Made by a program: the position numbers and the translations under genes. Below are positions 48,307 to 55,856 of a stretch of 64,000 nucleotides of DNA, one piece after another (the first letter of the stretch is position 1; each line of letters begins with the position of its first letter). This DNA is from Candidatus Omnitrophota bacterium (lineage in GTDB: Bacteria > Omnitrophota > Gorgyraeia > 2-01-FULL-45-10), in assembly GCA_016935115.1 (NCBI GenBank), contig JAFGRN010000004.1, positions 5,778-69,777 of the forward strand. Direction: 5' to 3'. The notes beneath the pieces are model-generated. The model was not told the DNA's origin and did no database searches. It saw only the letters and a list, made by a program, of their open reading frames with translations.

Positions 48307-49988
48307 ATCGCTTTAAGCCCCCTGGTATTCAGGTATTTCAGCGTCTCCCCAACCACGCCTTTAAACACAGGCGCCGCGACATCGCCCCCGTAATAGACAG
48401 GACGGGGCTGGTCAACGCTGACCGCTACCGCAAGTATCGGCTTCTCCATCGGGGCGAAGCCTATGAAGGATGCTATGAATTTACTGTGCGAATATGTCCC
48501 GTTCTCTACTTTCTGCGCTGTGCCGGTCTTGCCTCCGACCCTGAACTCCTCGACCTTAGCCTTTCTTCCAGTCCCGTTCTCGACTACACCGTTAAGTATA
48601 TGCCTCATATAAACGGCGGTCTTCGGCGTTATGATTTTTCTCTCTATTATCGGAGGAAAACTCTTTACTACCTCCCCGCTTTCATCCACTATCTCCTTAA
48701 CAATCCTGGGTTTTACATAGAAACCGTTATTGGCTATTATCGATATCGCGGCGGCAAGCTGTATCGCGGTTACGGTCACCTCCTGTCCCATCGGTATGGC
48801 GTTCATGCTGACCTTCGACCATTTTTCCACGGGACGGTTTATTCCAACCACCTCTCCCGGAAGATCAATGCCTGTACGGTCAGTAAAACCGAACGCCTTT
48901 ATGTACTTATACATCTTTTCGGGGCCCAGAAGCCTCGCGAATTTGACCGTGCCTATATTCGAGGACTTCTCTATCACTTCCCTGAAGGTTAATGTGCCAT
49001 AGGGATGAACATCATGCAATATCTTCGCGCCCGCCTTCCATTCGCCGTTCTCGCAAAAAACCCTGTCGCCAAGGCGCACGAGCCCTTCTTCGATAAGGGC
49101 GCTCGCGGTTACAACCTTGAATATGCTGCCCGGCTCATAAAAATCATTGATCGCCCTGTTTCTTAAAGATTCAGGATCCCTTTTATTAAGGTCATTGAGA
49201 TCGAAATTTGGCAGGTTTGCGAGCGCCAATATGGCTCCGGTGCGGGGATCCATCACCACTATGGAAGCCGCTTTCGCATTATGTTTCTCGAAGGCTCTGC
49301 GCAGTTCGCGCTCGGCGATCGACTGTATGACCTCGTCGATAGTAAGGACCAGGTTCATCCCGTTTTTCGGCGGGATAAATTCAAACTGGTACGACTCAAG
49401 CAGTTTGCGCTTCGCGTCACGGGTAGATATGAGCCAGCCGCTGGCGCCTTTGAGATATCTATTATAGATATTCTCCACGCCCTCGAGACCGTTATTGTCT
49501 ATGTTGACGGCTCCCAGTATATGACAGGCCAGTGTCCGGTCGGGGTAGACTCTTTTAGACTCCTCTATTAATTCGATCCCTTTTATCTTAAGAGCTTTTA
49601 TCTCATCCGATTCCCGGGGAGTGATCTTCCTCTTTATCCAGATAAAACCCTTATCCCTGGACAGCCTTTCGAGAATATATTTCCTGTCCAGGTTCAGGAT
49701 GCGCGACAATTTCCCTGCGACGGCTTCCTTGTCATTCACTTCGCGCGCATTCGCGAAGACAGAATCCGAATTGATATTGAGCGCCAGAACCTGCATATTG
49801 CGGTCGTATATGGCTCCGCGGCGCGGCTGGATTTCGGTGGATACGATATGCTGTTCGTTAGCTATTTTGTAATAAAAATTTTGCTTGATTACCTGAATAT
49901 AGAATAGGCGTAATAATAGAAGAGCTAATGATAGGAGAAAAAAAAGAGAGATGAATAACTGGCGTACCCTGAAGATTCCGCTATGCAC
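48303..49988 (-). CDS. ftsI: Penicillin-binding protein 3 / FtsI (class B, divisome)
   Basis: 561 aa with a TM anchor and the SxxK (GSIFK), SxN (SSN) and KTGT motifs. Confidence 0.92.
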   Translation of the reverse strand: MHSGIFRVRQLFISLFFLLSLALLLLRLFYIQVIKQNFYYKIANEQHIVSTEIQPRRGAIYDRNMQVLALNINSDSVFANAREVNDKEAVAGKLSRILNLDRKYILERLSRDKGFIWIKRKITPRESDEIKALKIKGIELIEESKRVYPDRTLACHILGAVNIDNNGLEGVENIYNRYLKGASGWLISTRDAKRKLLESYQFEFIPPKNGMNLVLTIDEVIQSIAERELRRAFEKHNAKAASIVVMDPRTGAILALANLPNFDLNDLNKRDPESLRNRAINDFYEPGSIFKVVTASALIEEGLVRLGDRVFCENGEWKAGAKILHDVHPYGTLTFREVIEKSSNIGTVKFARLLGPEKMYKYIKAFGFTDRTGIDLPGEVVGINRPVEKWSKVSMNAIPMGQEVTVTAIQLAAAISIIANNGFYVKPRIVKEIVDESGEVVKSFPPIIERKIITPKTAVYMRHILNGVVENGTGRKAKVEEFRVGGKTGTAQKVENGTYSHSKFIASFIGFAPMEKPILAVAVSVDQPRPVYYGGDVAAPVFKGVVGETLKYLNTRGLKAI

Positions 49989-50026
49989 GAATTAAAAAAA
50001 TCCTTAAACTTAGAGCTGCAAAACCG

Positions 50027-50404
50027 TTATCTATTAACCTGAGCTTCGGCTTTAGGCGTAAGAAAATCAAAAAATGAGAAAAGATCGGGCCCCTTGGAAA
50101 CCTTTAACCTGTACGGCCGGCCCGCTCCGGAACGTTTCGTGCTTGCCATCTTTATCACATGGCCCCTTTTAGGGAAGGCCACCTCTATCCTGTTGGCAAG
50201 TAGCACTTCTTCCAGGCGGGAGGGCGCTTCAAGATTGTCGATATTATAGCCCAGCCCTTCATTACGGTCAAGCATATCCTTTAACACCTTCTCCTTGCAC
50301 TCTATGGCATAGCTTATCTTTACAAGCTCCACCTGCTGGTGAACATATAAAAGCGCTACCAGCGTAACTGTCGCGATCATGCCTATTGTTCTGAATGCCC
50401 TCAT
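50027..50404 (-). CDS. ftsL: FtsL-like cell division protein
   Basis: 125 aa with one TM segment followed by a short coiled coil, at the canonical position between rsmH and ftsI. Confidence 0.7.
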   Translation of the reverse strand: MRAFRTIGMIATVTLVALLYVHQQVELVKISYAIECKEKVLKDMLDRNEGLGYNIDNLEAPSRLEEVLLANRIEVAFPKRGHVIKMASTKRSGAGRPYRLKVSKGPDLFSFFDFLTPKAEAQVNR

Positions 50405-51303
50405 AATGCCCCTACCCTCTCAGCAATTCTCAATTTTGCGCTTCTTGAACGCGGATTGACCGCCTTCTCTTCTTCGGAAGCCGTAATAGGCTTCCTCGTT
50501 ATTATCTTTAATATCCCCGATGCGGCGCAGGACTTGAATATGTTCTTAACTATCCTGTCTTCAAGGGAATGGAAAGATATTACCGCTATCCTTCCGCCTT
50601 CGGATAATCTATCTATAGCCTTCTTCAGGCCCTCATCGAGCGCGCCGAGCTCGTCATTAACCGCTATGCGCAGAGCCTGGAATGTCCTGGTAGCAGGATC
50701 TATCCTGCCCCGCCTGCCCCTTACCGCCCTGTGCACAATCGACCTAAGTTCTCCCGTAGTATCTATAGGTTTTTCGGCTCTTGAATTGACGATATACCGC
50801 GCCACGCGCCGCGCAAATCTCTCTTCGCCGTAATTATAAATAATATCGGAGAGGTCCTCTTCCCTGTACTTATTGACGATATCCCAGGCCGATATCCTCA
50901 ACCCGGGATCCATCCTCATGTCCAGGCGCGCATCGCGCTGAAAACTGAAGCCGCGATCCGCGTCATCCATCTGGAATGACGATATTCCGACATCAAATAA
51001 GCACGCGTCTATCTTCTTGATACCCTCTCTCTCGAAGACGCTGTCCAGATTCCTGAAATTCTCATTAACCAATATGCAGAGCGCCGCGGAATCCCCTAAA
51101 GCACCGCGTGCCCTGGAAACGGCAGACGCATCCGCGTCAAGGCCGATCAGTTTTCCGCCGGGCTTTATCCTGTCAAGGATCTCAATGGCATGGCCACCGC
51201 CTCCGATGGTCGCATCCAACACTGTATGGCCCGGCTTTAAGTTCAAAGAGCTTACGATTTTATCAAGCATTACCGGAAGGTGCACACCGGAATCCGTTCC
51301 CAA
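50401..51303 (-). CDS. rsmH: 16S rRNA (cytosine1402-N4)-methyltransferase
   Basis: 300 aa with HLPVML and DATIGGGGH motifs. The start is ambiguous (TTG 51303 or GTG 51285). Confidence 0.93.
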   Translation of the reverse strand: MGTDSGVHLPVMLDKIVSSLNLKPGHTVLDATIGGGGHAIEILDRIKPGGKLIGLDADASAVSRARGALGDSAALCILVNENFRNLDSVFEREGIKKIDACLFDVGISSFQMDDADRGFSFQRDARLDMRMDPGLRISAWDIVNKYREEDLSDIIYNYGEERFARRVARYIVNSRAEKPIDTTGELRSIVHRAVRGRRGRIDPATRTFQALRIAVNDELGALDEGLKKAIDRLSEGGRIAVISFHSLEDRIVKNIFKSCAASGILKIITRKPITASEEEKAVNPRSRSAKLRIAERVGAL

Positions 51304-51306
51304 ATC

Positions 51307-51495
51307 TTACAAAAACCTCGTCATGACATTCGACCTGGAATTCATAAAGAACATCTTCCAGATATAGCAATCGAGCCCGACATCGGCAGGATTGCAATTG
51401 AGCGCCCTGACCTTCTTGAGCCTCTCCGTCAGCGTATCGACACTTGCCCGGCACTCTTTATCTTTCTGAGCCGTCTTTGCGCATTTATTGGGCAT
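51307..51495 (-). CDS. Hypothetical 62-aa Cys-containing protein wedged between mraZ and rsmH
   Basis: ATG 51495 lies 6 nt after GGAGGAG, and the ORF fills the whole mraZ-rsmH gap (it starts 1 nt after the mraZ stop and stops 3 nt before the rsmH TTG). It has 4 Cys and I recognise no family. Confidence 0.4.
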   Translation of the reverse strand: MPNKCAKTAQKDKECRASVDTLTERLKKVRALNCNPADVGLDCYIWKMFFMNSRSNVMTRFL

Positions 51496-51496
51496 A

Positions 51497-51946
51497 TTAA
51501 TCTCCTCCTTCCTGCATCATTAATTTCTCCGCGATCTCCTCGAAGGATTCCTTTGAGTTATTGTAATATAGCCCCCAGGCGTCCCTTGACCATATCTCCA
51601 TCCTGTTGGATACGCCTATGATCATCACATCCCTTTTTATCGCGGCATAATCCTTCAGATATTTTGGTATGAGTATCCTGCCCTGTTTATCGCATTCTAT
51701 CTCCGAGGCGCCCGCGAAATAGATCCTGTTAAATTTCCTCGATTCCGATTTTGTGAAGGATATCGATTTGAACTTCGATTCCTGGGTTTTCCATTCGTTC
51801 TCGGTAAACATAAACAGGCACTTGTCGAGGCCGCGCGTTATGAAGAGCTTCTCGACATCGTATTCCTTGAAGGCATCCCGAAATTTGGACGGGATGATAA
51901 GCCTTCCTTTTTTATCTATAGTGTGTTCGTATTCGCCGTAAAACAT
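51497..51946 (-). CDS. mraZ: Transcriptional regulator MraZ
   Basis: 149 aa with two SpoVT/AbrB-like repeats carrying DKKGRLIIP and DKQGRILIP. Confidence 0.95.
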   Translation of the reverse strand: MFYGEYEHTIDKKGRLIIPSKFRDAFKEYDVEKLFITRGLDKCLFMFTENEWKTQESKFKSISFTKSESRKFNRIYFAGASEIECDKQGRILIPKYLKDYAAIKRDVMIIGVSNRMEIWSRDAWGLYYNNSKESFEEIAEKLMMQEGGD

Positions 51947-51960
51947 TTTTCAGGTATTCC

Positions 51961-51985
51961 TCCCCTTCCCTCCACTTTGCACCAC
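51961..51985 (-). promoter_or_regulatory. Putative MraZ operator: three direct repeats with a 10-nt period
   Basis: The minus strand reads aaaGTGGTgcaaaGTGGAgggaaGGGGA, with cores at 51985-81, 51975-71 and 51965-61. It lies between the predicted -10 box and the mraZ ATG. Confidence 0.55.
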
Positions 51986-51996
51986 TTTATGGTCAA

Positions 51997-52025
51997 AGTA
52001 TACACCAAGCCGCACCCTATGTCAA
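51997..52025 (-). promoter_or_regulatory. Pmra-like sigma-70 promoter of the dcw cluster
   Basis: The minus strand reads TTGACA-17 nt-TATACT, about 50 nt upstream of the mraZ ATG. Confidence 0.6.
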
Positions 52026-52049
52026 GGATTTCTGATATTTTTTAATTAT

Positions 52050-52092
52050 AAAAAAATAGGGACTTTCCCCGAAGGGAACTGTCCCTATTTTT
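52050..52092 (-). terminator. Rho-independent terminator downstream of rnpB (symmetric, could act in both directions)
   Basis: aaaaaaa-TAGGGACtTTCCC-cgaa-GGGAAcTGTCCCTA-ttttt. The minus-strand U-tract follows the stem 19 nt after the rnpB 3' end. Confidence 0.75.
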
Positions 52093-52110
52093 AATGATTC
52101 AAATTATAAG

Positions 52111-52533
52111 TTTCGCAGGCCTGTAAGCCGAGTTCTGTCTTGCCCGGCTTGCGCCGGACGAGGCGTTCATCTATCTAGGCCGCGGATCACTCCGCGGCTC
52201 CAGCGACCTTACCCGCTCCGATACTGACGTCTATTCCAGTAGGATCGAGCAGATCCTTGATCGGAGCCTATTTGGTCTTGCTCCGCGTAGAGATTGGTCG
52301 TCTCACCCCTGCCGCCTTTCGGCGACAGGACTCGTCTCTGTCCTCTCATTGCCGTAGTTTCTACTGGCAATGATCCCGAGCGGCACTTAGTAAAGCTTGG
52401 TGCGCGCCGAGGGATTATCCTCGCCTTTCGACGGGCGGCCGTTAGCCGCTACGCTGCTCTGTGGAGCTCGGACTTTCCTCCCCCGCCGTTTTGCAAAGCA
52501 AAGCGGCGGGGGCGAACGCCCGGCCTGCGAAAA
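52111..52533 (-). ncRNA. rnpB: RNase P RNA, bacterial type A
   Basis: The minus strand contains GGGGAGGAAAGUCCGAGCUCC (P4 5' strand), ACAGAACUCGGCUUACAGG (P4 3' strand region), AGGGUGAGA / GCGGAGCAAGACCAAAUAGG-type conserved blocks, and a P1 helix UUCGCAGGCC/GGCCUGCGAA. The ends are approximate to within about 5 nt. Confidence 0.93.
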
Positions 52534-52559
52534 CAGTTACTTAAGTCAAATTTTTGTTA

Positions 52560-53003
52560 TTAAAACAGTCCCGCGAGATTGATGGCTTTATTTACAAGCT
52601 TATCGGCATCCTTATTCTTCTCGCGCGCTATATGCCTGATCTCGAAAGACGTGAATCTCTTAAGCAGCGAAAGAGCCTTATCAAAGAGGGTTTTCATGTT
52701 TGTATCTTTCACCTTATATTCGCCGTTAAGCTGTTTTACCAGAAGCTCGCTATCCAGATATATTACTATGTCGGTCGCGCCGAGTGCCGAGGCCTCTTCC
52801 AGGCCGCATATAAGCGCATTGTATTCCGCCACATTGTTCGTGGCCTCACCGATATACCTGAATATCTCTTTCAACTTTCTCTTGTCGGAATCTAATATTA
52901 TGGCGCCTATTCCGGAAGGGCCGGGGTTGCCGCGGCTTCCTCCGTCAGCATAGAGGTGCAGTCTCTTACTCTTCAACGTAAAGTATCCTCGTGCAGCTTT
53001 CAC
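52560..53003 (-). CDS. rnhA: Ribonuclease HI family protein
   Basis: 147 aa with YADGGSRGNPGPSG, NNVAEYNALI and NK.AD motifs (the DEDD catalytic pattern). Confidence 0.88.
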   Translation of the reverse strand: MKAARGYFTLKSKRLHLYADGGSRGNPGPSGIGAIILDSDKRKLKEIFRYIGEATNNVAEYNALICGLEEASALGATDIVIYLDSELLVKQLNGEYKVKDTNMKTLFDKALSLLKRFTSFEIRHIAREKNKDADKLVNKAINLAGLF

Positions 53004-53679
53004 AGCAGACTATTGCGTTCTTCATCTTTACTTCGTTTATCACCTGGGCCGGCATGCGGCTGAAGCACCCCTGGCAGGATTCGTCCACTATCGGGGCGAC
53101 CGCGAGCCCTCCCCTGTTCTTAAGTATCCTCTCATACTTCGCGAGGATGGCCTTATCTATTTTTGCCGCAAGGCCATCTCTCTCGATCTTCAACTTATCC
53201 GCGTCACCTTTTATCCTGACGGCATCAGCGTCAAGCTTTTTCTTCTCCCCGGCCGCGACAGCATCCTCTTTCTTGAGCAGCTCTTTTTCGCCCGCAACTT
53301 CGGCATTCACTCCATCGATCTGGTCAAATATCTTCAGGATATCCTCTTCTATAAGCGAATTGTCGGCCTTGACCCTGTTGATCTCATCCTGAAGGGCGGA
53401 ATACTCTTTATTGGTCTTCACCTGGTGCATCTGCGAAGTGTACTTCTTTATGGTCTCTTCCTTTGTCTGGAGCTCCACCTCTTTCTCTTTCCGTTTCAAC
53501 TGGAGCGCTTTCAGGTTGTCTTCATGCTTCTTAAGGGACGCGCCCTTCTCCTTTAGGGACTGGTCGATCGCGCCGATCCTTTCCGGTATGGATGTAAGCT
53601 CATCCTTTATCTTAAGCAAACGGGTATCAAACCCCTGGAGCTCGATAAGTAATTTTAATTGTTCCTCAAAGTTAACCAT
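52966..53679 (-). CDS. COG1579-type coiled-coil protein with a C-terminal C4 zinc ribbon
   Basis: 237 aa with a long coiled coil, then CQGC...CCESC. This family is often found near NIF3 genes. Confidence 0.8.
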   Translation of the reverse strand: MVNFEEQLKLLIELQGFDTRLLKIKDELTSIPERIGAIDQSLKEKGASLKKHEDNLKALQLKRKEKEVELQTKEETIKKYTSQMHQVKTNKEYSALQDEINRVKADNSLIEEDILKIFDQIDGVNAEVAGEKELLKKEDAVAAGEKKKLDADAVRIKGDADKLKIERDGLAAKIDKAILAKYERILKNRGGLAVAPIVDESCQGCFSRMPAQVINEVKMKNAIVCCESCTRILYVEE

Positions 53680-53700
53680 CTCATCCTTTATATCGAGTCA

Positions 53701-53777
53701 TGGTGGGCACTAGTGGACTTGAACCACTGACCTCTGCGATGTGAGCGCAACGCTCTAACCAACTGAGCTAAGTGCCC
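53701..53777 (-). tRNA. tRNA-Val (anticodon CAC), CCA encoded
   Basis: The cloverleaf folds by hand: acceptor GGGCACU/AGUGCCC, D stem GCUC/GAGC, anticodon loop CUCACAU, T arm AGUGG-UUCAAGU-CCACU, discriminator A plus CCA. Confidence 0.9.
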
Positions 53778-53929
53778 GCGCTAAACGCTAAATAGTGGCA
53801 GGTAAATAACCTCTCCACGTAAAATTATCTCTCTTATTACCCTGCACCATTCACTTCATTCAGGTACAGGGCGCGGCTGCGCCATGTACCCGAACAAAAA
53901 TTTTGATAGAAATTTTTGTGAGTGGTACA

Positions 53930-54006
53930 TGGTGGGCCCGCAAGGATTTGAACCTTGGACCAATAGATTATGAGTCTACTGCTCTGCCAGACTGAGCTAC
54001 AGGCCC
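53930..54006 (-). tRNA. tRNA with a CAU anticodon; probably tRNA-Ile2 (lysidine) rather than elongator Met; CCA encoded
   Basis: Acceptor GGGCCUG/CGGGCCC, anticodon loop CUCAUAA, T arm CAAGG-UUCAAAU-CCUUG. There is no GGG/CCC anticodon stem, so it is not an initiator. The acceptor stem is Ile-like, with C4:G69 and C5:G68. Confidence 0.85.
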
Positions 54007-54097
54007 ACACTGTTTAATTCAGAAGCCTAGTCTCTCCGTTTACTTCAGGCGTGTTATTATATCCAATTTCAAAATCACTGTAAAGCGCGATTTTCCC

Positions 54098-55843
54098 CTA
54101 CTCGCCTATGCCGATGGCCAGAAAGTTCTTGAGTTTTCGGGACCTGGTCGGATGCCTGAGTTTTCTCAATGCTTTTGCCTCTATCTGCCTTACACGTTCG
54201 CGTGTCACTTTAAATACCGCGCCCACCTCTTCGAGCGTCCTTGGATAACCGTCCCCTATCCCGAACCTGAGCCTCAGGACCTTCTTCTCGCGCTCGGTGA
54301 GAGTGCCAAGGACATCGTCCATCTGCTCTTTCAGCATCGAGTATGCGGTAGCATTGGCCGGAGATACGGCCCTCTTATCCTCGATGAAATCGCCGAAATG
54401 CGTGTCACCCTCGTCTCCGATCGGCGTCTGCAGGCTTATCGGTTCCTGCGCTATCTTCAATATGCCCCTCACCTTGTCCACCGGCATCCTCATCTTATGC
54501 GCGATCTCTTCCGGCGTCGGCTCCTTGCCGTTCTGCTGGACCAGGGCGCGCGAGACCTTGATGAGCTTATTGATCGTCTCGGTCATATGGACAGGTATCC
54601 TTATAGTCCTCGACTGGTCCGCTATCGAACGCGTTATGGCCTGTCGTATCCACCATGTAGCATAGGTCGAAAATTTATAACCGCGCTTGTATTCGAATTT
54701 ATCGACCGCTTTCATCAGGCCTATATTCCCTTCCTGGATCAGGTCAAGGAACGAAAGGCCCCTGTTGGTATATTTCTTCGCGATGCTGACGACAAGCCTG
54801 AGGTTCGCGGCCACGAGCTCTTTCTTGGCCTTCGTAAACTTTGCCTCGGTAGATTTGATAAGCTTGAACTGCTCTTTTATATCATCGATCGGCTCCCCGA
54901 AATCGCGCTCCATCTTTCTCCTGCGCTTTACAAGCCTCCTGGCCTCTTCCCTGTCTTTTCTGGCCCTCTGCCTGGCTATAGCGCCGTCCAGTTTCGAGTA
55001 TTCGTCGAGCCTGGCTTCTATATCTTTCGCGATCTCCTCGATGAGCGACATGACAAGGTTCATGTCGCGTATAGTTTTGGCTATCTCCGCTTTATTCCTC
55101 GTCGTCCTAAGCTTGTCTATAAGATGGGCGAACTTCTTCTTCAGCCTGGCCCCTTTATATTTCGGGTCGATATTAATAAACTCTTCAGGATTTATCTCAA
55201 GGTTCATTATCTGGCCGGCAACTTCTATGGCTTTATATTTCGATAGCTTGACGCCCAGTACCGCGTCCCTAAACTTTGCCTCGGCATGCTTGATGCGCTC
55301 GGCTATCTCTATCTCCTCTTTCCTGGTAAGAAGCGGTATCTGGCCCATCTGCCGGAGATACATCTTAACCGGGTCGTCTATGTGAGCGAGCTTTACGGGC
55401 GGGCTGGCCTTCTTCTCCTCGGCCGCATCTTCTTCCGCTGCCGGCGCTTCAGTCGCACCTTCAGGGCCGCGGATGGCGATCCTTCCGGAAACCTCAGCCG
55501 CGCCTGCGGTGGTTTCCTTCAGCGCATCCTCCTCGTTATCCACCAGTTTGATGTTCTCGTCGCCAAGCGTAGTCAATATTTCATCTATCTCTTCGGAGGA
55601 TATGACATCTACAGGAAGCATATTATTGACTTCTTCGAATGTAAGATGCCCTTTCTCCTTGCCGAGCGCGATGAGCTCGGTCAGCTCTTTGGAGCGCTTC
55701 TTGCCGGAGGGCTCTTTTGCCGCGGGCACAGCGGCGCTTTTCGGTATAGCCCTCTTATTTGGCCGCGCCGGCTTTTTCTTCAACAGCCTTCTCTTCTTCA
55801 GGGGCTTATTTTTCTTAAAAGTTCTCTTCTTTTTATTTGCCAT
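54098..55843 (-). CDS. rpoD: RNA polymerase primary sigma factor RpoD with a basic N-terminal extension
   Basis: 581 aa with region 2 ([12 protein letters not shown]) and regions 3 and 4. Ahead of region 1.1/1.2 is a roughly 55-aa Lys/Arg-rich tail ([31 protein letters not shown]...). Confidence 0.95.
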   Translation of the reverse strand: MANKKKRTFKKNKPLKKRRLLKKKPARPNKRAIPKSAAVPAAKEPSGKKRSKELTELIALGKEKGHLTFEEVNNMLPVDVISSEEIDEILTTLGDENIKLVDNEEDALKETTAGAAEVSGRIAIRGPEGATEAPAAEEDAAEEKKASPPVKLAHIDDPVKMYLRQMGQIPLLTRKEEIEIAERIKHAEAKFRDAVLGVKLSKYKAIEVAGQIMNLEINPEEFINIDPKYKGARLKKKFAHLIDKLRTTRNKAEIAKTIRDMNLVMSLIEEIAKDIEARLDEYSKLDGAIARQRARKDREEARRLVKRRRKMERDFGEPIDDIKEQFKLIKSTEAKFTKAKKELVAANLRLVVSIAKKYTNRGLSFLDLIQEGNIGLMKAVDKFEYKRGYKFSTYATWWIRQAITRSIADQSRTIRIPVHMTETINKLIKVSRALVQQNGKEPTPEEIAHKMRMPVDKVRGILKIAQEPISLQTPIGDEGDTHFGDFIEDKRAVSPANATAYSMLKEQMDDVLGTLTEREKKVLRLRFGIGDGYPRTLEEVGAVFKVTRERVRQIEAKALRKLRHPTRSRKLKNFLAIGIGE

Positions 55844-55856
55844 CTATTTTTATGCC

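Noticed and set aside
51263-51621. Alternative ORFs 51263..51454 (-) and 51280..51621 (+) in the mraZ-rsmH gap
   Set aside because: They overlap rsmH or mraZ coding sequence and have no RBS. Only the 51307..51495 frame fits the gap exactly and has an SD sequence, and even that one carries low confidence.
52294-52582. Plus-strand ORFs of 89 and 61 aa
   Set aside because: They lie inside the RNase P RNA gene on the opposite strand.
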